Assembly (NCBI RefSeq): GCF_963921235.1
Contig: NC_086110.1
Span: forward strand, 12,834,001-12,898,000
Direction of reading: 5' to 3'
Length of the DNA: 64,000 nt
Source: Mobula hypostoma
Taxonomy: Eukaryota
Shown: positions 23,080 to 35,104 of the stretch, piece after piece
Numbering within the stretch: position 1 is the stretch's first letter
How the letters are laid out: each line of letters opens with the position of its first letter
Notes under the pieces: model-generated
Seen by the model: the letters and a program-made list of their open reading frames with translations, nothing else
The model's database searches: none
Told to the model about the DNA's origin: nothing
Translations under genes and position numbers: made by a program

Positions 23080-23830
23080 GAGGAGCTCAGCAAGTTAGGC
23101 AACATTTATGGAGGGGAATGAACAGTGCACGTTTCGGACGGAGATGCTTCAAAAGTACTGTAAAGGAAGGGCCCGGAAACCTGCATGTCTGTTGGGGTCA
23201 TCTATTGTATACGGTGCTCCTAGCGCGACATCGCTGAGACCCCACCGCAGATTAAGGTACCTCTTTGACGAGCGCACTCGCTCTGTCCACCGCAAAGGTC
23301 AGGTTCCCCCGGTGCCTACCCATTCAAATTCGACTTCCCATTCCCATTTGAACATGCCTGTCGATGGCCTCCTTTACTGCTGAGGCCAAACTCAGGCTGG
23401 AGGAGTAAAACTATTTATTTTGTTTGGTTCGCTTTTAAACTGATGGCAAGAATATCGATTTCTGTAACTTCCCGTTATTTGTCTCCCCTCTTTCTTTTTT
23501 CCATGAATTCCAAGTCCACTGTCCTCTGCTATTAGATTCTTTCTTCTTCTTCTTCTTCTTCTTCTTCAGCCTTTTACCACTATCTCCTCCCAGTTTTGTA
23601 CCTCGTTCCCATTCCAACACCCACCCACTTTCCCCCTCATCTGGTCTCATCAATTTTCTGTCAGTGTGTACTCCTTCACTCTCCTACGTATTCTGTATTC
23701 TGCCCCCTTCCTTTAGAGTCCTGATGAAGGATCTGGGCCCGAAATATCGACCGTTTGTTCACCTCCATAGATGTAGCCTGACTTGATGAGTTCCTTCAGC
23801 ATTCTGTGTGCATCAAGATTTACACCATCG
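23080..23830 (+). mobile_element. Penelope-like fragment (GIY-YIG remnant plus terminal repeat)
   Basis: gtcatctattgtatacggtgctcc GIY-YIG-type sequence and a hammerhead-like motif at 23717-23752. Confidence 0.7.
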
Positions 23831-24089
23831 GCAGAATCCGTTCTGTTTATATTTTAAATGAGTCTTTCAATCTTCTGTGTACAGCAATTGGAATAATAAA
23901 ATATACAAGTCCAATAGCAAGTTAATGATGGAATTTATAGGGCAAACGGATTACAATACCCAGACACAAGAAACTGCAGATGCTGCAATCTGGAGCAACA
24001 ATCCATCTGCTCGAAAAACCCGACGGTTCAAGCAGCATTTGTTGGAGGAACGCAATTATAAGGTTTCGGGTCAAAACCCTGCATCGTGA

Positions 24090-24693
24090 CAATATTGACC
24101 ATATTGCCTCTCATTCTCAATCCTTTGACATTCTGCATACCAACCACGATGCCTGGTCAAGCTAGTCCCACTTGCCTTATTTTGGTCCATTAACTTCTGA
24201 ACCCTTACTAGCTACAGACCCGTGGAAATGTTTTGTAAACGTTGCTATTGCATCGACTTCAACAATATCCTCTGGCAGGTCATTCCATATCACCCTCCAC
24301 GAAAAAAAGTTGCACTCAAGTTCCTGCTGAATCTTTCCACTTGCACCCTTAATCTATGTCGTCAAGTTCTTGATTCGTTAACTTTGGGAAAAAAAGGCTT
24401 GAGTGCATTTATTTTATCCATGCCACTCATGATTTCATACACTTCTAAACTGTGAGGAAAGAAACCCTAGCCGGGTCAACCAGTCCCAACAATCAGACCT
24501 TCAAGGCCTGTCAACATCACTGTAAATCGTTTCAGCATTCTTTTCAGTTTTATAATATCTTCCCTCCAGGAGGTTGCCCAAAACTGAACACGATACTCTA
24601 AACGTGGTCTCACCAGTGTCTTGTTTTAACCACAACATAATCTCCTCCTCACTCTACTGAATGCCCTGATTGATAAAAGCCAGCATGTCAAAA
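24090..24693 (-). mobile_element. CR1 3-prime fragment, interrupted by a solo LTR
   Basis: Typical reverse-strand CR1 3-prime sequence that appears to resume briefly after 27790. Confidence 0.65.
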
Positions 24694-25328
24694 TGTCATG
24701 GTCCGGTCCGTCAAGTCCTTATTCCAGTTCACGGTCCGGTCCATCGACCCTTGCTCCAGGTTTTCCTGTCTACCCTGTGACTGTTCTTGAGCTCCAATTG
24801 AGGCACCTGATGCCAGTTGGGGCTGGCTGCATAAATACCCTCAGAGACCAGGGCGTGGCTGCTGGATTGTTCTTGTCCTATTCCTTGTATCCCTTCCTCT
24901 GCCTTCTGTTTCCTCGCCGGTAGCCCTGCCTTGTCTTGCCGGTAACTCTCGCCTTGCCTTGCTTTGCCAGAAGCCTTGCTTTGTCTTGCCGGTAACTCTC
25001 GCCTCACCTGAATTTCTCGTCTCCCCTTGCATTGCCTGAAGCCTTGCCTTGTCTTGCTGGTAACTCTCGCTTCGTCTCGCCTGCAGTCTTGTACTGGAGC
25101 CACTCTTTACCTAGCTCCCTTCCTGTCCCTTGCTTCCGCCCAGGTAAGCCAGGCCATCTTACCATTGCCTGCGGTTGGTTCTGTCCCTTCCTGTACCTTG
25201 CCTCCGTCGGGTAAGTCAGGCCGTCTTGCCATTACCTGCGGTTGGTTCTGTCCCTTCCTGTCCCTTGCCTCTGTCGGGTGGTAATCCACGCCCTGCCCAG
25301 GAGAACTGCGCCCTGACCAGGAGGAGGC

Positions 25329-26270
25329 TGCCTGGCCTCAAGCCTGAAGACCCCATCCTCCTGCCTGGCCTCAAGCCTGAAGACCCCAGCCTCTTGCCTG
25401 GCCTCAAGCCTGAAGACCCCATCCTCCTGCCTGGCCTCAAGCCTGAAGACCCCAGCCTCCTGCCTGGCCTCAAGCCTGAAGACCCCAGCCTCCTGCCTGG
25501 CCTCAAGCCTGAAGACCACAGCCTCCTGCCTGGCCTCAAGCCTGAAGACCCCAGCCTCCTGCCTGGCCTCAAGCCTGAAGAGTCCCGCCTCCTGCCTGGC
25601 CTCAAGCCTGAAGAGTCCCGCCTCCTGCCTGGCCTCAAACCTGAAGAGTCCCGCCTCCTGCCTGGCCTCAAGCCTGAAGAGTCCCGCCTCCTGCCTGGCC
25701 TCAAGCCTGAAGAGTCCCGCCTCCTGCCTGGCCTCAAGCCTGAAGAGTCCCGCCTGCTGCCTGGCCTCAAGCCTGAAGACCCCAGCATCCTGCCTGGCCT
25801 CAAGCCTGAAGAGTCCCGCCTCCTGCCTGGCCTCAAGCCTGAGGAGTCCCGCCTCCTGCCTGGCCTCAAGCCTGAGGAGTCCCGCCTCCTGCCTGGCCTC
25901 AAGCCTGAGGAGTCCCGCCTCCTGCCTGGCCTCAAGCCTGAAGACCCCAGCCTCCTGCCTGGCCTCAAGCCTGAAGAGTCCCGCCTCCTGCCTGGCCTCA
26001 AGCCTGAAGAGTCCCGCCTCCTGCCTGGCCTCAAGCCTGAAGAGTCCCGCCTCCTGCCTGGCCTCAAGCCTGAAGAGTCCCGCCTCCTGCCTGGCCTCAA
26101 GCCTGAAGAGTCCCGCCTCCTGCCTGGCCTCAAGTCTGAAGAGTCCCGCCTCCTGCCTGGCCTCAAGCATGAAGAGTCCAACCTCCTGCCTGGCCTCAAG
26201 CCTGAAGAGTAAAGCCTCCTGCCTGGCCTCAAGCCTGAAGAGTCCCGCCTCCTGCCTGGCCTCAAGCCTG
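25329..26270 (+). repeat. 33-bp minisatellite (ctcctgcctggcctcaagcctgaagagtcccgc), about 28 copies
   Basis: Directly visible. Generates the 345, 349 and 312-aa repetitive ORFs. Confidence 0.95.
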
Positions 26271-27560
26271 TAGCCTCTAGCCTCCTGCCAAGCCTCGGCT
26301 CAAGTCCGTAGCCTCTAGCCTCCTGCCAAGCCTCGGCTCAAGTCTCTAGCGTCAAGCCTCAAGCTTCAAGACTACAGCCTCCTGCCTCCTGCCCAGCCTC
26401 AGTTCAAGTCTCTAGCCTCAAGCCTGAAGACTCCAGCCTCCTGCATCCTGCCAAGCCTCGCCTCTAGCCTCAAGCCTCTAGCCTGAAGACTCCAGCCTCC
26501 TGCCTCCTGCCAAGCCTCGCCTCTAGCCTCAATCCTCAAGCCTGAAGACTCCAGCCTCCTGTCTCCTGCCAAGCTTCGCCTCTAGCCTCTAGCCTCAAGT
26601 TTCAAGCCTGAAGACTCCAACCTCCTGCCTCCTGTCAAGCCTCGCCTCTAGCCTCAAGCCTCAAGCCTGAAGACTCCAGCCTCCTGCCTCCTGCCACATC
26701 TCTCCTCTAGCCTCAAGCCTGAAGACTCCATCCTCCTGCCTCCTGCCAAGCCTCGCCTCTAGCCTCGAGCCTCAAGCCTGAAGACTCCAGCCTCCTGCCT
26801 CCTGCCAAGCCTCGCCTCTAGCCTCAAGCCCCAAGCCTGAAGACTCCAGCCTCCTTCCTCCTGCCAAGCCTCTCCTCTAGCCTCAAGCATGGACTCCAGC
26901 CTCCTGCCTCCTGCCAAGCCTCGCCTCTAGCCTCAAGCCTCAAGCCTGAAGATTCCAGCCTCCTGCCTCCTGCCAAGCCTCGGCTCAAGTCTCTAGCGTC
27001 AAGCCTCAAGCTTCAAGACTACAGCCTCCTGCCTCCTACCAAACCTCGGCTCAAGTCTCTAGCCTCAAGCCTCAAGCCTGAAGACTCCAGCCTGCTGCCT
27101 CCTGCCAACCCTCGCCTCTAGCCTCAAGCCTCAAGCCTCAAGCCTGAAGACTCCAGCCTCCTGCCTCCTGCCAAACCTCGCCTCTAGCCTCTGGCCTCAA
27201 GCCTGGACTCCAGCCTCCTGCCTCCTGCTAAGCCTCGCCTCTAGCCTCAAGCCTGGACTCCAGCCTCCTGCCTCCTGCCAAGCCTCGCCTCCAGCCTCAA
27301 GCCTCAAGCCTGAAGACCCCAGCCTCCTGCCTCCTGCCAAGCATCGCCTCTAGCCTCAAGCCTCGAGGCTGAAGACTCCAGCCTCCTGCCAAGCCTCACT
27401 TCTAGCCTCTAGCCTGACGACTCCAGCCTCCTGCCTCCTGCCAAGCCTCGTCTCTAGCCTCAAGCCTGACGACTCCAGCCTCCTGCCTCTTGCCTAGGCT
27501 CGCCTCAAGCCTGAAGCCTGAAGACTCTAGCCTCGTCCTGCCTGCCTGCCAAGCCTCGTC
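26270..27560 (+). repeat. Degenerate higher-order repeat of 5-7-bp modules (cctcaag, cctgaag, actccag, cctcctg, cctctag)
   Basis: Directly visible modular repeat related to the 33-mer. Confidence 0.9.
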
Positions 27561-28189
27561 CTGTCTAGTTCTGGGGTTCGAGCCAGAGGCAAGACCCAGA
27601 TACTGGGTCCTTGTCCAGTCTCTGGCTCGGAGTCCAAGCCGGAGCTCCTAGCTCTCTTGTCCAGCGCTGTTCCAAGTTCCCGGATTCCATGTCCATGTCC
27701 TTGCCCTCAGCCTGTATCCTAGTCCTGTCCCTAGTACTTAAGTGTATGTATCTTGCACTTGGGTCCGTTCCCAGCCACCGCCGTATGACACAAAATTCTT
27801 TTTCACCAACTTTTCGAACACCATTCTTAACTTTTCCAACTCCATTCGTACTCCATTTTCAGCGAACCCTGAATCACATCCATGATTGACATCCATTGTG
27901 AAAACTCTTCTAAATTGTTTATGTACTGTAGATCTCCGAGGCACATAAATAGTCACAGTCGTGGCTTGACCATTCACGGGTCGAGGCGGCGGAAGTGGAA
28001 GGCGCTGCTTGGGCCGACTGCCTGCCCCTCTTCCAAGGGAACGCTCGTGTCCGCCTGTTCTTGGAGAGGGAGCATGCGGTCGCAAAAGACACTTCGGGGG
28101 ACTTCCGGGAGCGGCGCCCCCCCCCGCCCACCGGAATATTGATTGTCTATTAGGCAGCAGTAACCATATTTTAATTTCTGTGTACTCAC

Positions 28190-28216
28190 GGTCTTGTAAA
28201 TATTGAATGTCTGTAC
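28190..28216 (-). CDS. Possible small cytoplasmic exon (VQTFNIYKT)
   Basis: Strong donor ACC|gtgagt, phase 0-0 and in frame. The acceptor is weak. Confidence 0.4.
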
Positions 28217-28589
28217 CTTGTGTATTTGCAATGTAAATACACTTTTATAGTTAAAAAAATCCAGCTTCCATCATCACGCCCTGCTTCTTATAATCAAACC
28301 ACCTCTTTATGGATTGCACGCGAGCTATCCCTCCGGGCAGATTATCGCATGGAATCTTCTTTGAAAAAGTCATGTCTTTAAATCTTCATTATACCCTCAG
28401 TATCTCTTCAAGTGTTCTGATATCTCCTTGTTTTCAAAATGCATGTTAATGCTTTTGCGATTTTGCATTGGAACGTTTAATAAGAGCACATACATTCAAG
28501 TTTTCTGTTTGTAGACTTTAAAATGGCAATGATGTATCAGAGCTGAACAGATTGCACATTGAGTTTAAGCTATCAATAATTGCATTCAC

Positions 28590-28642
28590 ATTTCTCTCCA
28601 TTGCGTTTGGACAGCCGACTAGCTCCTCATCCGAGTTAGAAC
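28590..28642 (-). CDS. Orphan cytoplasmic exon (GSNSDEELVGCPNAMERN)
   Basis: Acceptor ttttttttttgaatag|GT, donor AAT|gtgaat, 53 nt, phase 1-0, open in frame with the 29-kb TM exon. Confidence 0.6.
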
Positions 28643-28944
28643 CTATTCAAAAAAAAAATTCCAGCCTTGGCGGATTTAGGTTTTCAAACACGAGAAAGTC
28701 TGCAGATGCTGGATATCTAAAGCAATACACACAAAATGTTGCGGAACTCCGCAGACCAGGCAGCATCTATGGAATAGAGTCGATGTTTCGGGCAGAAACC
28801 TTTCATCAGGATTTCGTTTTAAAATGGTACTGTCGACTGTCAATCGGAAAATGCTGTCGAAGTCTTATTTCACTACTGAATGCAATATAGCTATCAACTG
28901 CAGAGCAAACTCGGAGCACTTCACAAATCTTTTAATATTCTTAC

Positions 28945-29046
28945 CATGTTTTGCCTTTAATCCGATTGTTGTCGCACTTATTATCGGAGCTACAATTATC
29001 ATTCCGGCCACTGCATATCCGAGAATAAGTCTTTCATCAGTGCTTT
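28945..29046 (-). CDS. Orphan TM exon, uncharged (ESTDERLILGYAVAGMIIVAPIISATTIGLKAKH)
   Basis: Aligns with the gene A TM exon; donor CATG|gtaag. The homologous acceptor reads TG (29053-29054), but an in-frame AG lies 6 nt downstream. Confidence 0.75.
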
Positions 29047-30781
29047 CTAGATCAGGTGAAAAATAAGAAACAAACTCAAGGAATGAGACTCAGGAAGACA
29101 GAGGAGTTATAATGTATCATTCAATCCGTAGTCTGCAATAAATGCAAAAAAAAAACCCAAATAAATCAAGTTTCATAATGGTTATTTGCACAAAAGATAT
29201 TTAAAGCAAGAAATATTTTATTTTCTTTTTTGTTACAGTATACCGGGCAGTTTGACATCAGCTTGAAAATTTCAAAATCTCTAGTATGTTCTGGAAATAT
29301 TGACACGCATCTAAACAGTTTCTAGACGAGAACAAGAGGAACTGGCTTTTATAAGATTGTGCATTTAGCATAGTAGAACTATCAAAGGAACTGCATTGAA
29401 GCTTAAGTTAAATCCATGATTAAGTACAAGTGACTAGATACTGGACGAAGACAAGTAGAGAGAAAGTAGCATTTTGGGATTAAGACAAAAGTGGTTGCAG
29501 AGAAAATTCCAGATTTAAGGGAACAGACCGCTGAGATATAATTTGCAGCAAATAGAGGAACACAACTAAAAGTAACTACGGAATCAATAGATCTAAATAG
29601 CAGGTATGAAAACAAGAAAACATGACTATGATTTGGCTTTGTATCCTTGAATCATGTTTTCAGCATTGTAGTTGATGCTATGTTGTAAATCCACTTTCGT
29701 GTCTGATGTTTAGATCCTTAAATTTCCACGTGTTTAAAGTCCTACCAATTTTAGCCTCTAATATACACAGTGACTTTAAATCCACAATACTCTGAGGTAG
29801 ACTACAAACCGCACGGTGCAAAATTTATACTCATTTACAACTTGAAAAGCAGGCTGGTATCGCGGCTCTGATCTTATATGTGGCTGGTGGAGCTGCGTAT
29901 TTAGTATATTGCCAGGTGGCTCTCTCACTGAAACATAGCTATTTCAGCAAGGTACTTTATTCATTTATTTCAGCGATATTAGATTCATCCATTTCAATAT
30001 CTACCAACAAGAGATCCCACTTATTGTGGGTGTTAGCTTTTGAAACTCTGCTTTTTAACTTTCAGGCAAAGCACATTTTTTGCATATGCATGGAAAGAAA
30101 ACTGTACATTCAGAGTTATCTCAACAGCCTCCCAAGCAATTCTCCCTCTTGCCGCTTTATAGCTCCCCGACAGCATATTTCCACGTCTTATATGCCTTCC
30201 TAATAACACACTGTAGTTACACATCAGCCTTCGTGTTTCCTTCAGAATGCTGTCTGACCCCTTTACTGGTCACAGAGTTTTGTTTCCCAATCATTGGAAC
30301 AAATAAGTACAGATTTTCTCACATTATACTCCTCTTCCATCCTGGCTACGATCAGGGTTTGTTACTTTAATAAATTTGCGAATTTTGCCCTTTCATCACT
30401 TCGTCTTGTATGAACATCCTTATTTCATGCCCTTGGCATTTATGAATCTATTTATTCCAATGCGTTTCCCCGCGTTCTATCGTCATAATCTAGATGATAC
30501 ACGAAACTTTACACACAAAGCTCACATCTTTTCCTCTTGGGAAACAAATGTTCCTGAAATCCAACTCATTGGTCCATCATCTGGTTATCTACCCTGATAT
30601 CTTCTTGTGTACTTTCGAGATCTATGCTTACATTTTAATGCTTTTGTGTAATGTCCAGGTATGTGTCCAAGCAGCAGATGCATTTAAGGATTTTGTTTTA
30701 ACATAAATTAAACTGCAATAAATTAAACTGGCTTGTTAGCAGTTTAAACATAACTTCTCAATATGAATAAATACAGTTCAC

Positions 30782-30825
30782 ATTTCTCGCTTGTGTTTGG
30801 ACAGCGGCTCAGCCACATTTCTCAG
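30782..30825 (-). pseudogene. Decayed cytoplasmic exon, paralogue of 28590-28642
   Basis: Shares CTGTCCAAAC and GAGAAAT|gtgaa with the 28.6-kb exon, but is frameshifted and contains a stop. Confidence 0.55.
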
Positions 30826-30867
30826 CTGGGTTGCTTCTTTTTTTTAGAAAAATCAAGCCTTACCTTC

Positions 30868-31760
30868 GCAAAGATGAGGAAATCTGCAGATGCTGGAATT
30901 TCAAGCAACGCACATCAAAGTTGCTGGTGAACGCAGCAGGCCAGGTAGCATCTATAGGAAGAGGTACAGTCGACGTTTCGGGCCAAGACCCTTCGTCAGG
31001 ACTAATTGAAAGAAGAGCTAGTAAGAGATTTGAAAGTGGAAGGGGCGGGAGAGATCCAAAATGATAGGAGAAGACAGGAGGGGGAGGGATAGAGCCAAGA
31101 GCTGGACAGCTGATTGGCAAAAGGTATATGAGAGGATCATGGGACAGGATGCCTTGGGAGAAAGAAATGCGGGAGGGGAGAAGCCCAGAGGATGGGCAAG
31201 GGGTATAGTGAGAGGGACAGAGGGAGAAAAAGGAGAGAGAAAAATAGAATGTGTGTATATAAATAAATAAATAAACAAACAAACAAATAAATAAATAACG
31301 GATGGGGTACAAGGGGTAAGTGGGGCATTAGAGGAAGTTTGAGAAGTCAATGTTCATGCCATCAGGTCGGAGGCTACCCAGACGCAATATAATGTGTTGT
31401 TCCTCTAAGCTGAGTGTGGCTTCATCTTTACAGTAGAGGAGGCCGTGGATGGACATATCAGAATGGGAATGGGACGTGGAATTAAAATGTGTGGCCACTG
31501 GGAGATCCTGCTTTCTCTGGCAGACAGAGCGCAGGTGTTCGTCGAAACTATCTCCCAGTTTGCGTCGGGTTTCACCAATATATAGAAGGCCGCATCGGGA
31601 GCAGCGAACGCAGTATATCACCCCAGCCGACTCACAAGTGAAGTGTCGCCTCACCTGGAAGGACTGTCTGGGGCCCTGAATGGTAGTGAGGGAGGAAGTG
31701 TAAGGGCATGTGTAGCACTTGATCCGCTTACAAGGATAAGTGCCAGGAGGGAGATCGGTA
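30868..31760 (-). mobile_element. Penelope-like element 3-prime part: GIY-YIG endonuclease plus terminal repeat
   Basis: ORF 31328-31654 reads FTCESAGVIYCVRCSRCGLLYIGET. Confidence 0.9.
30968..31003 (-). ncRNA. Minimal type I hammerhead ribozyme motif (Penelope-type)
   Basis: AGUC-CUGACGA-A-GGG-UCUUGG-CCC-GAAAC-GUC-GACU: intact core, helix I, helix II and an ACGU palindrome in place of helix III. Confidence 0.8.
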
Positions 31761-32462
31761 AAGCGTGGAGGTTTCTGGTGTGTTATTGTTAGTAACGGAA
31801 AATAGACTGCAGTGAAAATGATAGAACAATACCGACGTCAATGAGAATTCTATTCTGGCTAAACACAAAACGAGAACTCGATCAAGGTCTGTTTCTGAGT
31901 TTGCTCAAAAGTCGAATAATGCATATTAACGACCGTGGTTCTGTTTTGCGCTGGAGACACATTTAGTACTCCTTGTAAGAAGAATCGATTGTTCTTTTTA
32001 TCAATTTTTCTTAACGTTTCGATCGTGGCAATGATTCCCAGTCGCGCAAAAGCCACTGTCTACCAACGCCTTTGAATTGTTCAATGATAACTTAGAAATT
32101 ACTAGTTTATGTTTAATTTAACTTATTTAATTAGTTTAAGAATTTGAAGTGATGGAGGCAAAAATCACTTTGTTTGCCAGTTAATAGGGACGACAGCGAA
32201 TTTCCATGGTTGTGAATGGACAAATTCTTCCGAAGAAGAACGAAATGAACTGTAGAAACTCCATTTCTGGTTGCACCAGCCTGTTTGTTACTTTTAGAAC
32301 TTGCTGTCTTACATTTCCGCCTCTGAAGTTGTTTTTAAGGTATACTGAGGTTTGGTGAGCGCAGTTTCTAGTCCAGTATAAACACTTTATATAATTGCAA
32401 TCAAAATTTACAAAATTGAAAAGAGCTTAAAATTCCCTGCTTCCAGGAAGAAAGATACTTAC

Positions 32463-32768
32463 TTAACACAATAAGCTGGGAGCCACTTCCGTTTTCGAAA
32501 ATTTATTGCTGACCTTTCACTTGACAGTGATAAACTCCGAAGTGAGCGGCACTCGCATTCAGGAGGGTAAATGTCCCCCTGCCCCTCTTTAAGTAGAATT
32601 GTTTTCTGCTGTCTGGTACTAGAAATGCCTTTTCGCCCTTCCTCCACCACGAAACTTCAGCCGGATCTTGTAATATTGGAAACCTGCAGGACATGGAAGT
32701 GGTTCCGCCTCTGGAGACCTTTAAAATTGGAGGGAATTGTTGCACTTTGCTCGAAGTTGCTTTTACAG
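32463..32768 (-). pseudogene. Gene B exon 2: V(J) Ig domain paralogue with an in-frame TAA in the CDR3-equivalent loop
   Basis: Acceptor ttttgacag|CT, donor TTAA|gtaagt, 306 nt. Ungapped alignment to gene A V (about 44/101 identical by hand). TAA at 32503-32505; J-like GSGSQLIV follows the stop; DSG has decayed to HFG. Confidence 0.9.
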
Positions 32769-32962
32769 CTGTCAAAACATAAGCAAGAACGATACAAACG
32801 GTTGCATACACGGTTAAAGAAGAAAAAAGAAACAACAGACTAAAAAAAATAACAATTATGAAACACCGGGAATCGAATTGGAGAAGATAGAATTTCAGCT
32901 GATACCCGACGTAGAAAATTGTAAATTAGGGTTACTATTCAAAAACAGCACATAAACTGCAC

Positions 32963-33017
32963 CGTGCCAAACTACTGGCAGATGAACCATGTACCAAAGA
33001 GCCGCGTTCACCGACAT
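32963..33017 (-). pseudogene. Gene B exon 1: leader MSVNAALWYMVHLPVVWH
   Basis: ATG at 33017, 55 nt, phase 1, donor G|gtgcag. Same length as the gene A leader and a similar intron (194 vs 203 nt). Confidence 0.7.
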
Positions 33018-35104
33018 ATTGCAACTGAGAGTATTTTACGTAAAAGTAGTATTTCATAGAATGCCTGAAACATGTGACCCCGATGAGATATATCACATGA
33101 CAAAGGCAACTTGATATATTTTCAGTACAGCTCTGGTTGGAAAGTTACAATATAGAAATCTGATTTCTCAATTAGACGTTTCGCTATCTCCCAGCCATTC
33201 TCGGGGCACTGCTTTTAAATAAAATACATAGACCTACGTTATTGAAGTTCAACCCTGCGCGAGGTTCTGAAAATGACAAACCAGGCCAGAGTTGCCGTGT
33301 TTCAATCAACATTCAATCGAAGAGATTATATTCTGCAGCAGCACAATCTGAGGGTTATCAAATATTCTATTCCGGATACTCGGTTCTTAATGCATTTCTC
33401 GTTTTTCTCAGCTGGCGTGCAGAAAAACACGACATCACATAAGTTGCAGTTTCAGTTTGTACTTTATTTCTTTCTATCTTAGAGCTCTGGGCCCAAGCTG
33501 GAGTATTGAAGTGAGACGCAACCAAAGCCTGCCTGACACTACTGAAGAATTGTACTTGTCAACTGATTGACGTTTGCAGGTTGTTCCACGAAAGGATTTT
33601 TATTCATAATTGGGGGTCACCTAATTTCAAAGACAAGCAATTAAAAACTGAAAACTACATTCGACTGAATATTGACAATGACCAGTATCAAAGAGATTGA
33701 ACTCTCTTTCCGCTCACAATATATTGCGCATTCTTCTGTTTATTTTCTTCCATATGTTGTTATCAGTAAACAATTCACAACCTCCTTCCATTGTTGCTTA
33801 GGAATTAACCCGATTTTAGCCCCTAAATATCAATCTGTTCCCTCCCTTCACGGATGTTTCCAAGAGCTACTTCTTCACAAAAGCTCACGAAGGCCAGACC
33901 TGCTATAAAGAACTTACGAGTCAGCATGAGATCGATAACTTACAGAAAGCATAAAAGATTACCCGAATCGATTAAGGTAAGTGTCCAGTATTTCGGAAAT
34001 GAAATCACATATCAAATTATAGATCAACAACATAAAGAGACGTGAGGGGCTAAAAGGAGACAAAATTATTAACAGTAGGACCGATAACCGCAGTTTGCTG
34101 TATCCTGGGAGACCTGACCATTTGGATCTGCTCATGTGATGCTTAATCTGAAACGAATAGCGGCAAGAATAGGACGTATTATTCTTGACCCTTCATCCTA
34201 TGCAATGATATCTGAGACCTAACTCTGTAAACGGAATAATTGATCATGCAACATTCACCTTTCATTGTAAACGTTCTTCCTTTTTGATAATGATTTTTCA
34301 TAATAGCATTACACCCAGAACAAAACTTTTGTCAAAAGTAATTACGATGTGTTGCATACTAGAACATGATTAAACACCGTGACTTGGGTGAAGGACTCAA
34401 GGTCGTCTTTACAATTTACTACATGCTGGGTGGCACGTGCAACAAATGGGCAGGAAATCGAAATTTCGAGGTGTACCTTCAATAAAATTTAGAAAGAATA
34501 TATGTGGTTTCGTGATGTTCATAAAATATCGCTTGTCAAGCAACGTTAAATGCAGCTCAATCAACAAATAGTTGATCCATATAAATATCTTATAATTTCT
34601 TTCATATGATTGCATAATCATTTTCAATAATTTTGGCAGTATGTAGAAATAAGACCACAACTATTTCTATTTATTTCTCAGAGCTGCAGGAAATTCTGTC
34701 TGGCGTCTCAACAGGGCCCCACACCACAGTGGTAATAATGGGACGGTACACATCACAATTTGATGTGATTCTTCCCTCCCTTCAATTCGATAGTTTTTTC
34801 TTCTCTTTTCGTTCAACCACTAATTTGTATGCCGCCATAACTTTCAGCATCCTTTCCTCAGCGCATGTTTTCTTCTGTCCTTCCCTTCTTAGCTTATTTT
34901 TCTTTCGTCGTTTTCAAGGAGAATTCCGGACGCCTGGTTGATTGTTAGTCCTGATTTCTTTTACGCAAGTATTTAGCAACGCCGACGTATTTGTACGAAG
35001 CGGAATAACTAAGAACAACTGTATAAAACGATTAACTTGTAGGACTTTAAACGTACAGTACAATCGCATTATAGCGTTTCCGGACTGTGTATTAAGCAGC
35101 TAGC

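Larger units (their letters stand above)
24694..27790 (+). mobile_element. 3.1-kb solo-LTR-like insert inflated by tandem repeats
   Basis: Starts TGTCA and ends TGACA, has a 5-bp TSD CAAAA on both sides and a TATA-like CATAAATA near 24830. No gag/pol. Confidence 0.85.

Noticed and set aside
25175-26265. Three long repetitive ORFs (345, 349 and 312 aa)
   Set aside because: They are reading frames of a stop-poor 33-bp minisatellite inside a TSD-flanked LTR, with no splice or domain evidence.
24694-27560. CRISPR-like array or prokaryotic system
   Set aside because: The repeats are tandem with no unique spacers, there are no cas genes, and the context is intron-containing vertebrate DNA.
31795-31894. 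Possible decayed TM exon for gene B (ETDLDRVLVLCLAR / RILIDVGIVLSFSL)
   Set aside because: The position fits, but it needs a frameshift, the donor is weak and similarity to the three clear TM exons is poor.
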